From Folioceros fuciformis (taxonomy: Eukaryota): a DNA stretch of 37,474 nt. Numbering within the stretch: position 1 is the stretch's first letter; every line of letters starts with the position of its first letter. The DNA lies in NCBI GenBank assembly GCA_049999805.1, contig JBNGIO010006317.1, positions 274,182-311,655 of the forward strand, given 5' to 3'. The notes beneath the pieces are model-generated. The model worked only from the letters and a program-made list of their open reading frames with translations. It had not been told where the DNA came from and did not search any database. Shown piece after piece: positions 1 through 11,084 of this stretch. A program made the position numbers and the translations under genes.

Positions 1-1
1 G

Positions 2-502
2 GACTGGAAGGCGACTGCGGCGCACTTCAACCAGGCCTCCGCGCTGGACCAGCCCGCTCGCCACGCACACGCACACGCACACGTAGACGTAGACGTAGAC
101 GCAATGCAGGTGGAAGTCCCGGAGGCCAGCGGGAGCTTGGGCGGGAGTGGCAGCGCCAACTTCCGGCTCGGCTTTTCCGGGGAGGAGTTCTGGAGGCGGG
201 TGCAGTCCCCAGATTTCGACATCGGGGCCACTGCCAGGGCATTTAGAGAGGACGCTCTCCTGGTGGAGAGCATGACAATGGCCAGCACTTCCGAGGCGCA
301 CAGGCCCCGCGAACCGCCAATGCTGCTCACTCCGCGCATGGATGCCTTCGCTTCCCCGTGGGACGCCCACATGGCTCTCACCGCCCCGGACTGTGAAGTC
401 GTCTACTCCGCCTCGCAGTCCCTCAGGGACACCAGGGACACGGAATCGGATACAGACGATAACGCCCATTTCGATCTCTGGAGCTACGTGGCCTCCGATT
501 GA
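2..502 (+). CDS. 3' part of a probable AP2/ERF DREB-subfamily transcription factor (5' end outside window)
   Basis: Frame is open from base 2 to TGA at 500-502. The acidic tail ends in DLWSY and has a PPMLLTP segment, resembling the LWSY and MLLxP motifs of CBF/TINY-type DREB proteins. The AP2 domain itself is not in the window. Confidence 0.6.
   Translation, partial: DWKATAAHFNQASALDQPARHAHAHAHVDVDVDAMQVEVPEASGSLGGSGSANFRLGFSGEEFWRRVQSPDFDIGATARAFREDALLVESMTMASTSEAHRPREPPMLLTPRMDAFASPWDAHMALTAPDCEVVYSASQSLRDTRDTESDTDDNAHFDLWSYVASD
62..100 (+). repeat. Compound hexamer microsatellite (CACGCA)3 CAC (GTAGAC)3 inside the CDS, encoding HAHAHAHVDVDVD
   Basis: Read directly from sequence. Confidence 0.9.
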
Positions 503-661
503 CTCACAGGCTGCAACAAATCCAGCCTCCAGGTAGCAAGCCACCCAGCCAGCCTCCGTTTTCCATCTTTCTGGCTCACCTTCCATCCCCCACCCCCGCT
601 CACCTCCGGCTCCCTAGCAAGTGCGCGATCAAAGGCTCGCCGAGTGTCGCATAATTTTCCA

Positions 662-761
662 NNNNNNNNNNNNNNNNNNNNNNNNNNNNNNNNNNNNNNN
701 NNNNNNNNNNNNNNNNNNNNNNNNNNNNNNNNNNNNNNNNNNNNNNNNNNNNNNNNNNNNN
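662..761. other. Assembly gap (100 N); further 10-N gaps at 3200-3209, 18011-18020 and 20900-20909
   Basis: Runs of N. Confidence 1.
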
Positions 762-2783
762 GTGTAGACTATTACCAGAATTTGCAACAGCAATCAGAGC
801 GCCACAATTTAGCGCTCTAGGTTTTAAATTTGCGTCCCTCCTCCAAGCTTTGCCTTGCCGGGCAACCAAAGCAATCAAGCAAGCTTCAAGGCTTGTATTC
901 AGGTCTCGCATTCCCGATTCCTGTCCCCCTCACCGCACTTGATTCCTCGACAGCAGCAACAGCACGCCTCTCAGCCGAGAAGCAGTCCGCGGTCGGAAGG
1001 GATGGGATTGGATTGGATGGGATCGGAGCTGTGCCGTCTTCCTCGTGCGGAGGAAACGAAAATGAAATTGGAAGGTGCATTTGTCGTATCCGGATCCACA
1101 CCCGCTTCATGTTCCATGTCGTTGCTGGAACTGAGTCTAGAGGCAACGACAAAACACTCTGTCAGGCAGGGGTCAGGCCGGGGAAAGGCTATGGCAACAC
1201 GTCACGCGCACCAGGCGACTTCCAGGGAGGGCCGGGGCCACCCTGTGGAACCTATGTATGTACAGTACAGTATATCAATTCCAAACCGCCTTCCCCGCTA
1301 TGAATATTCAAAGACCCTCTCCCTGTGCACGCGGGACGACATCTCACCCAGGAAACCATCCAGAGCTGTCAAGTCAACACGGACAACACAACACAAGACT
1401 TGCGGAAAGTTTGGGACCGGGTGCCCCCGCCAAACTTGGGTACCCTTGTCACAGACAGAGATACTGTTACCATTGGGCCTGCTTGTGTGCACGCGAGCTG
1501 TGCTGTGGTGCACTCGCTTTCCTCAATGCCTACACTGTTCCTTTCAAGTCCAGAATCCATTCCTGACGTGTCCACCCCAGCGACAGAACAGGAACTTTAG
1601 ACTCCACTGCCGTCACTCTCGATGTTGTTCCGCACACACGACAGACGATTCGTATCTCCATCCTGCCTTACACATCCATCAACCCAGCACGAGGAGCAGC
1701 ATCGGATGGCACCAATGGCGTATCAAAGGGTCAGCTCCATCCGATTCACAACGGAAAGCAGAACACCAGTGTGAAGACATCCACGACTACAGAGAATCAG
1801 CAAAACAAAAAAAATCCCTCGGCTTGTACCCGCGGGATCGAATCAGTCTTTGTTTACAAGTCGGTGCGAAATCCGGGTCCGGGGTGGGGTACCAAGCACC
1901 TGCACTGCTTCCGGGCCCAGGCCCAATCGCGGTACAGGCGCCCACATCCATGCCCAGCACGAGGTAGGCTTTGGGCATCGACCTCCCTTAAGAAGAGAGT
2001 GAGGGCGGCCTTCCCTGATGCCCTCCGATCATAGGTAACATGCCCGACATCTCATCTCCGTCGCGCTTGTCTGATGCTGGTGCCGGAACTCAAAAGACAC
2101 AGAAATCGGGGCCCCTTAAGCAACACACGTGACCCCTGGAAGGGGGATGGCTAAGCTCCACGTTAGCCAGGTACACTTCTCATCCATTTTGCTGTTGGAC
2201 ATCGTAGTACTGTAGGTACCTGTCACGGGCATCCACCGTTCCTAGACTCTCCCACCACGAGGACTGGTAGGAAAAGGGACCAGGTAGGTCCATTCCGCGT
2301 CCGTCGGTCTGCTGTTTGGAGAAGTATGTACACAAAGTCTGTAAGAAGAAAAAAATCATTTTTAATAAATTAGACTATATATTTTGAGTAGTTATATTAT
2401 AATTAAAATTATAAATTGAAGAAAATTATATTTTATTCTTAATAAATTTTCTTTCTACTAGGAATGGAATAGTAGAGATGTTAAGTACGAGTACAACACA
2501 ATTCGAAAAATATCCTTTATGGACTTCTCGGTCCGAGTATGGAATACCAATACCGATAGATGGTCCTCCATTAGGTTTTTCTTTTTTTTTCAATCATATG
2601 TTTTATGCAATATTTTATTGGCATAAACTTTAGTGTAGGGAAACAACCGCCCGCAGTTCAATCACAACAAAATATAAGCTTGGTTTGGGTGCAGGAGGAG
2701 ACAAGGAGAGCATGCTGACTTGAGTCTCATGCCATCAAAACCTTAACTAGATCGTGTGATGGGAGATACGTAATGTTGTGTGC

Positions 2784-2816
2784 GCTTTCCCATAGATACC
2801 TGATGGCCATTAAGGC
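2784..2816 (+). repeat. MULE left terminal inverted repeat
   Basis: GCTTTCCCATAGATACCTGATGGCCATTAAGGC versus the reverse complement of 7381-7413, GCTTGCAAATGGAGACCCGATGGCCATTAAGGC; the inner 15 bp are identical. Confidence 0.9.
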
Positions 2817-4469
2817 AAATACGATCAACAGACCTGTGCGTGTGCGGATGCGCAACCCGATGTACTACACAACCCAATGTACCGTGGCTTTATATCGACA
2901 TACACGACATAGCAGCAACATCATTTTGTGGTTCTCGTCGCACACTCGGGTTTTTGCACCCGTTCTGTGTACCTGCATTTCCATACTCGGGATGGAAGGA
3001 TTCCAAACCCGTCGGTTTGAAGTACAGGTTTCAAATCAGCTTTTCAAAGCTATGCACTTCTCATCACGGGTGAACCGATCTAAAAAGAAAGCAGTACAGA
3101 CGCAACAAGACGCCTAATCTGCTGCCCGGTGTAGATACGAAGACCAAGCCTTAAACCATGTTCATCATAGACCATGTGGATTCACACCTCATGTAGATCN
3201 NNNNNNNNNAAACCATGTTCATCATAGACCATGTGGATTCACACCTCATGTAGATCAATACCTCTCAGTGAGTGAAGAAACTCGCATCTCACGTCCTCTT
3301 GTTAGTTTTGACAGACACATATTGTTCCTTCAATTGTAGGACTCATTTGTGCTCATCTCCTTGTTGGTGTTCCTCTTCTTTGACAAGTGAAGAAGAGGAC
3401 CTCAAATGACAACACTTACAGATCTGGCTCACATGTGATGCAATATGCGACAAATTATCTATCTTCTTAGGTTATGACCCTCTGAATGCGAACGTCAACA
3501 GGCCTACCTTGTTGGACATGGGCATTTCCGAGAACAATCTACCTGCTACGGAGTCACTGGCTATGAATCAACGTCATGCTGATTTGCTGCACTATTGGCA
3601 CAAGGTACAAGCATCATTACTCTTCATGTGGATTTGCTGTGAACTTTGCAAGGAACGAGGGTAACTGGTTTTTGCATGTCTGACATCAATCCTTCTCTTC
3701 CTTGTCCCCTTTGCGACTGATTTTTCAGTACAAGCATTCACCAGAAGGGTCGACGAACAAAGTGAAAGCTGCTCGGAACATGGCAAGAATAATATCTCAC
3801 TGTACACACATTGACTCCAGTGTCAACTTGATGGGGAAGATGGTCTTCAAGTCTGAGTAGGGGCTTGAAATGTTGGTAGCATTACGGAAGCCAGCCTTGC
3901 CTCTTGTCGACAACTAGTAGTGCCTCAAGGCCGTGGTAAGTGGGCAGTAGCTGGAGCTGGTCTTCGTAATGTTTTGTTTTCTCTTTCACAAAGATTTGAG
4001 GTTAATCTGGATGTCTGGATGCATGAATGCACATGCGGGCTTACAAGAGTGTGTGTAGCTCGTTGGCCGAGTATGGCATGAAGCACATGCGATCCTTCAC
4101 AAACGCGTGCAACTCTTGGTTCGGTCCCAAGAAGGTGGCAAAAGCTGATCATGTTCAATCGACTTGATCAGTGGTGGTAGGGAATGGGTACCTCTTACAA
4201 TAGGCTTCAGTGCTTAAGTTTCCTCACTGGGGGTTTGGTGGAGTTGCTATACATAGTGCATGCTGCTGGCGTTGAGTCGAATTCTCACCTTCTAAACCAG
4301 AAGAGTAGATTCTAATATTCTAAGACGAAAAGCGTAATTGACCCAATCAAAATTGAGTGCTATCTGCTATCTCCTCTCAACACCCTACAAAGTGAATTGG
4401 TCACCTTCTAAAACCAAAAGCCTATTTCAACTCATCAATCCATCCTTTATCAATTGCCTATGTTCCTCC

Positions 4470-7144
4470 TTACCGTCTTTTTCTTCGTACACACAACTTC
4501 CTCCAAACCAACATATCGTTTCAATCTGTTTGTGCCCTCACTCTCAGCAAAAGTTTCCAACACTTGTTTCCGTTGAGGTTCTTCGTCTGCCTGTGCCACT
4601 AATTGTCTCACCTTCTATTAAGTTTGCTCCATAATGTAGGTTATCCCAAAAGCTAAATCTAAATGCTCAAATGCGGTTATCACATACTTCAGCACATGCC
4701 GTTTTAATAAAATCCATTCGTTTTTCTTTTGTCATCTCCAATTGTGTTTTACATATTGGTGCCACCAAGGGGTTACTAGGCAACACAATGTGTGGAGCTT
4801 CTTGATCCTGCATCCAAAAAGTCATAGCCAAGTTGTTGGTATCACTACTTTTAGCAACATACGCTCCATTTGTTTTTCCATTTTGCCTAGCTGTTTCTCC
4901 ACCATCTTTGTATATGCCAAGGAATTGTTGAACTTTCACCACATGCTTGTAGATGAAACCTTTGTTCCCCATTGGACATGAGCATGTAGCCCAAGGAGAG
5001 TAAACATGTTCAATCACATACCACAAATTAGGGGTTGATGAAGACAAACAATGTGCAGCAACATTTTCGGCATGCCATAAAACAACTAAGTTAATAGGAA
5101 TAGTTTTTGCACCCTTCATAGCGGTTTCCTCCAAAGCCTCCAGCTTCTTGTTATGCCTATATCCCCCTTCTATCGTGAAGTGCTGGTCCCAATAATGTCG
5201 GGCAACCACATTCAATAATTGGTGTAGTAATCAGTCTAGTCTACAGCCAAGCAAACTTGACTTGCTAAATGCTGCACGTTCCTTCATAAATCTATGGAAT
5301 CCTTCCACAGCTGAAGTTGTATGTTGCTCTGCATGAGGCAACATTCTAGCATTACATAACCACAAATCTATAGTCTCTCCCTATTGGACCTTCATATATC
5401 TTATAAAGTCTCCTTCACTTATTCCCCACTTGTCATAAAAATTGTGTAGTATACTTCTTCCTATGGAAACACAGTGTGAAGATGTGCTTGCCCCTGTAAC
5501 ATACATAATATCCCCTAGCTTTGTCCATATTGAAATTCGATTACTTTGTGAGTTCACTTTTATCAATAAATTCCGTCTCCACACTTTCCGCATATGCCAC
5601 AAGCATAATAATATAGGCATATTATGATTCCACACTGAGCGAATAGCATAAATCTTTGTCTGACAATCATCAACAAGGAATGAACTAGGTGTCCAATCCT
5701 TATTGATCTTTTCAACCTTCTTTCGTAAAGCTGAAAGCCACCTGATAAGTGACTCAGTAGCAACATCTTTTGTAGTAGCCCATGCTACTGGAACACCGTT
5801 CAAGTAATCGTCAAAACCCATCACAGTGAATAAATGGTAGCGATACCTCTCAACCCAAAAGTTGTATCTATAGCTAGCACATTACCATTCTCATAAAGCA
5901 ACATGCAATTCAACATAAAAGGAGTTTGAATACCCAAAGTGAAAGGTTGATTCTTGCTTGATTGGTGGAAGACTATAGACGCATTTTGCTCCAACCACAG
6001 GGACACTGATGTGGCATCATCCGGGGCTAGCTTTCATTCACCAACTTCAACTTATGTAAGTACATTGAGAGCATCATATCTTTGCATATAATCATCTCTT
6101 ACTAGATCATATACCTTTGTCAGATTGTTGATTCGAGCATACAATGCATCTTGATGCCAACGTATTATTTCATCAACAGGAACTTTGCAATATAGGCAAT
6201 GCCTAATAAATCCTTCTTTTCCCGTGCTCTGACATCACGAGGTAAGACTTCGTACTCAAGCCCATGACATATAGCATTTGAAACGTTAATATGCCTATGT
6301 TAAAAAAGACCAATCTCAGCAACCGTAGGGCACACGAGAAGTTTCTTCACCCTAAAATTTGCTTGGCAACCATGCTTGACACTCTCTTCATGGAGGACCT
6401 TACACTTAGCTGTATTAGCACCACGTGACACTCCCACCTCCTTTTGGCGAAAGTCTTCCGGGCTGTAAGACCACCAATACCTCCAAGCTAGCCTCACAAT
6501 GTTAATGCCTCCCTAAATAATAAAACAATTTGCATACTTCAAACCTTCTTACCTAATATGCAGCTATGCGCACTGTTGGTACTACAAGGCGAGGTAAACT
6601 CCACGACCCCTTAGGATCCTTCTTGTAAAAGTTCGTAGGATGGGAACTTACAGCACTCATTCCCCCAATAAAGTCTCCCACTCTAGAAAAGAGTATGTGA
6701 GCCACCTTCACATGTTTTTGTTGCCCTGGTGCCCTAGAATGGTCATATTGAGAAGAAACCCAATTTAGGTTAGTATGGTTAAATAACACTAATTTAGGAA
6801 GCTATACCATAAAAAGTGTGTTAGTTGTTTAAATTAATTAAATTAAACTCTTTTAAATTAATACAAGAACTCAAATCCATATTATTATAAATCACATTCG
6901 CCTATCCCAAAGAGAAAAAAACCCTAACCGATTAACACAAGAACTCAAATCTATATTATTATCCATAAATCACATTCCCCTATCCCAAAGTGAAATAAAA
7001 AACCCTAACCCTAATCTCAATTTTTAACCAAAATCCCTATCCCTAATCACAAGAGTACTTGAAAGCAAAGATTGAACATGCAAAGGTTGAACATACCGTT
7101 CTAAACTCAGATCTCACGCTATGCAAATGACTAGGAATTCCCAT
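4470..7144 (-). pseudogene. MULE transposase pseudogene (DDE + SWIM zinc finger), intron-containing
   Basis: Ordered minus-strand fragments: VAHILFSRVGDFIGG; YWWSYSPED...KHGCQANFRVKKL; PFTLGIQT...IDTTFG (D1); VPVAW; FLVDD (D2); CLWH; LPHAEQHTTSAVEGFH (E); CSCPMGNKGFIYKH (SWIM, one Cys to Tyr). Stops sit at expected Trp codons and there are frameshifts. Putative first exon 7144-7097 splices in frame to 6801 (intron 7096-6802). 3' end approximate. Confidence 0.9.
6863..7014 (+). repeat. Imperfect ~75-bp tandem duplication, each copy ending in a telo-box (AAACCCTAA), within the predicted first transposase intron
   Basis: ACAAGAACTCAAATC..ATATTATT..ATAAATCACATTC.CCTATCCCAAAG..AAAAAACCCTAACC occurs twice. 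Confidence 0.8.
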
Positions 7145-7380
7145 ACCATAAGCTTGTGAGCCAGGGTGCACTTGGAGCATTATACAAGTATTATTAATAA
7201 TGTATAAGCGGGTAGGGACGAGCGGCTTTTTCATGTCCCGCGTTGGTGGTATGTAGCACACGGGCTCAAAACTTTTGGCCACCTATTACGATTATGCAGG
7301 ACTCATCATAACATGGTGATGGGCAAGGACATACAGAGGTACATGTCGTGGCGTGGAGGGCCGTGCGGACACAGGTGCCG

Positions 7381-7413
7381 GCCTTAATGGCCATCGGGTC
7401 TCCATTTGCAAGC
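7381..7413 (-). repeat. MULE right terminal inverted repeat
   Basis: Inverted match to 2784-2816, immediately followed by the TSD GTTGTGTGC. Confidence 0.9.
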
Positions 7414-7616
7414 GTTGTGTGCGCCACACGGGCCGTATGTACCGTATTCCATACCCAGGCTGCCGAGAAAGGGTAGGTGGTGAGAGTAATATATTGTTCT
7501 TTTTCTAGAAGTGACAAAGAGCGTCGTTTGTGAGTGTGATCTATCCACATAACGAAGCAGTCCCTGAAGACTCGGTAGACTCCCAACAGTGTCTAAAATT
7601 CCTCCTGGCCGTGCCG

Positions 7617-9827
7617 ATGTTGTCCGCGCATCTTCCGGTTCTCCACTACGGGTCTTCCACCGGTGGAGATTCTGGAGAAGGAAAATCGGATACGCCGAGT
7701 GCTGATGTTCCTCAGACAACGAGCAAGGGCAGCAAGGGCCGCGGGTCGGGCAGGAAGGTCGTTCGGCGAACTACTACAGGTACGTCTCAGCCCTTAACTT
7801 GAATTGTGAGGGTGGAGGAGAGGTGGTGGTCACGAGATTGGGGTGACTGATTCTTTTTGCTTGTAGCAGATAGCGTGGTTCACAGGGGTGCTCAAGGTCG
7901 GATGGCGAAACCTGTGGCAAAAAAGCCTTACTCGGAAGCTGTGAAAGCCACGAAGAGCGCAGTATTTCGTGTGCAAATGAAGCTACTGGAAGAGGTGGCC
8001 AGCGAAGAGCGGATGCTGGCGGCTGCTGCCATCTTGTGCCAGTCGGAATATCAAGATGTTGTCGAGGAGAGGAGCCTTACATCCCTCTGCGGTTTGCCGA
8101 CCTGCCCTCGGCCTTTCCCTGAGTTTGCAAAGCGGAAAGGGAAGTATCGGATCTCCCTGAAGCAGCGGAAGGTGTATGACCTGAGGGAAGCCAGGTTGTT
8201 TTGTTCAGCAGAGTGCCAAATCGCCAGCTCCAGGTTTTTAGGTACCCTAAATGCGGATCGGGAGGTTATAGTAGATGAGAGGGAGCTGGCGAGGTTAGTG
8301 GACCGTGTTACAGGGGCTGCAGCTGCGGCTGTACTGCCTGAGGCAGGAACTTACAGGGATTTTGCTTCAGGGGAGGAATTGCTCAACTTGGTCATACACG
8401 AGCGGCCTGCTGAACAAGCGATTGCTGATTTCAGTATTTCAGGGCCCTCGAATGCTGTTGAGGGCTACGTTCCTCGGACATCTCGGACTCCTGAGGTGCG
8501 GACAGCTGGTGGGAATGCAGGAACAGTGAATGAGGGTGATGCAAGTGAATCACGAGGGTCGGGGTGCATTCCAACTGAGCAGGGAAAAACTGCAATTGAG
8601 GGCAGCCAGAGCTCCTGTTTGGATTTTGTTACGCCAGCTTCTAGTGCAACAAGTGAAGCAGATGACTTTGGTAAAATTGCCATGAACACAAGAATCAAGA
8701 GTTGTAGGGATTCTGCATCAGCGGGTGCAAATAAGGTCTCTGAGGAAGCAGTGGGCATGATAACAACTGGAGTGTCTAATATAGCCTTGGACACGAACAA
8801 TGCAGTTGACATGATGATAACTAGAATGGCTGAAGCGGTCCTGGATAGGAGCAACAGCAGTGTCACGGACTCCGCTATGGATTCTACTTCGGCAGTTACA
8901 AATGTTTCCTTAAGGGAAGGAGCTGACCAGTTGAAGGCCAGAGTTGCTGAATCTGCCATGGATGAAAGCAACCCCAGTCCTGCGACGTCCGGCCGAACGG
9001 TTTCTGATTCAGTATATGAACCCTCGAATGAGCCTGAGGAGGGTAGCCAGGTGGAAACTAGAGGGCTTCTGGGTGCAAAGGACAGTAGCAGCATGAGTGC
9101 AGCCACTGTATTCAGAGGAGCTCCTGATTCGAATACTTTAGGTTGGAAGTCAGATTTTAAAGCCGTCTCCTCAGATACGGAGTCCGATCTCACGGATGGT
9201 TATAACAGTGAATCTGATGCTTCAAACGACTCTTTGGAGTTGGCCTCTGATGCGACTGGGGACAGTTGGATTTCTATTCCTCCAATAGGTTTCAAACCAG
9301 ACTTGTCACATTTTGCAGTCATTTGGGAGGCGCTGGACGAATGGATCTGTGCAGCTGCGCTAGCTCATATATATGGCAAACAAATCTCCGATGAAGACGA
9401 CTTCCGGGTTATGGATGGGACAGAGTACAGACAACGTGGAGTAGCAAACAAGGTGTCAATTGATATTGCCCGTACCATGGCTACCTGTCTTGCTCGACGT
9501 CTGCCAGAAGTTGCATCGGCCCTCCGCCTCTCTGTTCCCATTTCGACATTGGAGCAAGCTCTTGGCAGATTTGTGAACTCCATGTCATTTGAAGAATCAT
9601 TGCCAGCGTTTGGGGTTAAAGACTGGCGCATGCTTGTTGTGTTGTTCCTAGATGCACTTTCTGTGCACCAGCTGCCGATGATCACTTCTCAGCTTGCCAA
9701 AAACCGAGCACTGTTAAGGGAAGTGGTGACATCTACAGGGATCTCTGAAGGGGAGTATGAAGCCTTCAGGGTCAAACTGCTCCCGGTTGAACGAGTGCCC
9801 TCGTTTTCATCTCATAGGGGTGGCTGA
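7617..9827 (+). CDS. RPAP2: RNA polymerase II CTD phosphatase/import factor RPAP2 (Rtr1/RIMA) homologue; exons 7617-7779 and 7867-9827 (~707 aa), or 641 aa from ATG 7902
   Basis: Rtr1/RPAP2 zinc finger YQDVVEERSLTSLCGLPTC...KYRISLKQRKVYDL...FCSAEC, plant motifs GPSNAVEGYVP, and conserved C-terminal domain (LFLDALSVHQLP). GT-AG intron 7780-7866 joins an upstream ORF in frame. Start choice is uncertain. Confidence 0.93.
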
Positions 9828-10158
9828 CTTGCAGTTTGGCCAGCTCCCCCAAAAAAGCATGGAAGGCAATTAATTTGCATGCATGTATTGTGTAGTTAAT
9901 CCTTGCCACTTTTCACCTCAAGGAATAATGGAAGGCCACATTTCAATGCCATTTGTAAATTCATGCCTCGTCTTGGACTGAGAGCCAGAAGCGGTGAAGC
10001 TCTAGTGAGTTTCTTCATATCCCCCATCTAGAAATTGGTTCTTTTCATGTCTTTAATGTAATCTTTGACACAACATGCAGGTTTCTAGGGAAGCATTTGT
10101 TGGTAGAATCCTTCAAGTTCTTGGTTTCATATCGGCTGCAGATTAAGTCATGGTTACA

Positions 10159-10239
10159 GGCTAGATCTAAGGAAGCCTTGTGTTTGTAGGCTGGATCTAC
10201 CAAAGCCTTGTGTTTGTAGGCTGGATCTACCAAAGCCTT
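10159..10239 (+). repeat. 30-bp tandem repeat, ~2.7 copies (CAAAGCCTTGTGTTTGTAGGCTGGATCTAC)
   Basis: Read directly from sequence. Confidence 0.9.
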
Positions 10240-10436
10240 TTGTTGGCCGAATCCTTAACGTTCATGGTTACATCCCAGCGGCAGGCTAGTTCCTGATTTC
10301 ATGGCTGTAGGCTAGGTGGACCCCAAGAGTTTTGTTCGGAGCTTACCTTAAGCTACGATTGTCCTTCTGATTTTGATGTCTCTCGACTTTCTTTTAGGGT
10401 CTTCTTGAGTTCCCCATTTCGAGTTTTTACTCTTCT

Positions 10437-11031
10437 AGTAACAAGTATAGGCATGTTTAGTAGAGCAGGTTACTAAGAGCATAGAGCAGGCTACTAAGAG
10501 CATGATAAGCATGCAGCCCTAGGAAAAGTGTGGGGTAGTGAATAATATCTTAAGGTTTAAGTAAGTACTTAAGTAAGTAGTTGCTAAGTTGGTGACTTGA
10601 GCTTGTGTATAAAAGGGGACCTAGCCAAGGGCTAAGGGAAGTTCAATATAGTGGGAGTTGAGATCAATATCTCCTCAAAGCCTTGAGAGCACTGGGTGCT
10701 TGGGCTATGCCTTGAGAGCATGTGTTGCTTGGGCTGTGAGAGCATATGAAAGGTGCTGTGAAGGAGCTGTGGGAGGAGGCCAAGAGAAGGGAGAGCTAAA
10801 CTCCTAGCTTAGGCAAAGATGGGGAGTTCTCTCTAGCCCTCCAGCTCTGTATGTTCTTGTTGACTCGTGATTTGAATAAAGAGCAGCAGCAAGGGTGCTG
10901 GCTGCGAGTCCTCCTAGAAGAGGAGGGCGGGCTACTTGGAGGCCTAGTGCTGTGTCCGGTGTTTAAAACTGACCCTTGCTTTGGCTTCTAACTGCGTGGT
11001 TCTGCCCCACCCTGTTGAAGGGGGTGTTACT
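10437..11031 (+). repeat. 5' LTR (595 bp), termini AGTAACA...TGTTACT
   Basis: Aligns to 15642-16247. Contains TATAAAA at 10608-10614 and AATAAA at 10875-10880. Confidence 0.95.
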
Positions 11032-11034
11032 TGT

Positions 11035-11046
11035 TGGTATTAGAGC
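11035..11046 (+). promoter_or_regulatory. Primer-binding site for initiator tRNA-Met
   Basis: TGGTATTAGAGC, one mismatch from the canonical TGGTATCAGAGC, 3 bp after the 5' LTR. Confidence 0.9.
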
Positions 11047-11084
11047 ATAGGTTGAAGCATCCTTGACTAGTACACTGGTTAACG

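Larger units (their letters stand above)
2784..7413 (-). mobile_element. Mutator-like DNA transposon (MULE), full-length boundaries, decayed transposase
   Basis: 33-bp TIRs at 2784-2816 and 7381-7413 (27/33 identical), perfect 9-bp flanking direct repeat GTTGTGTGC at 2775-2783 and 7414-7422, and internal MULE DDE plus SWIM coding remnants. Confidence 0.92.

Noticed and set aside
855-1967. 370-aa ORF and overlapping ORFs after the first gap
   Set aside because: Non-ATG start, no recognisable domain, Cys/Arg/Ser-rich random-looking composition and no convincing splice structure; a lineage-specific gene cannot be fully excluded.
2478-2633. Short ORF with PLW...GIP...G.FF, faintly like plastid psbJ
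   Set aside because: Only scattered residues match and the nucleotide sequence does not align with psbJ as I recall it.
3153-3256. Perfect 47-bp direct repeat flanking the 10-N gap
   Set aside because: Typical unmerged contig overlap; assembly artefact.
2817-4400. Possible captured host gene or second MULE gene (Pack-MULE, mudrB, Ulp1)
   Set aside because: No recognisable protein motifs in either orientation.
8465-9193. 242-aa antisense ORF in RPAP2, and similar antisense ORFs over gag, PAO and the large minus-strand gene
   Set aside because: Shadow ORFs opposite genuine coding sequence; no independent motifs.
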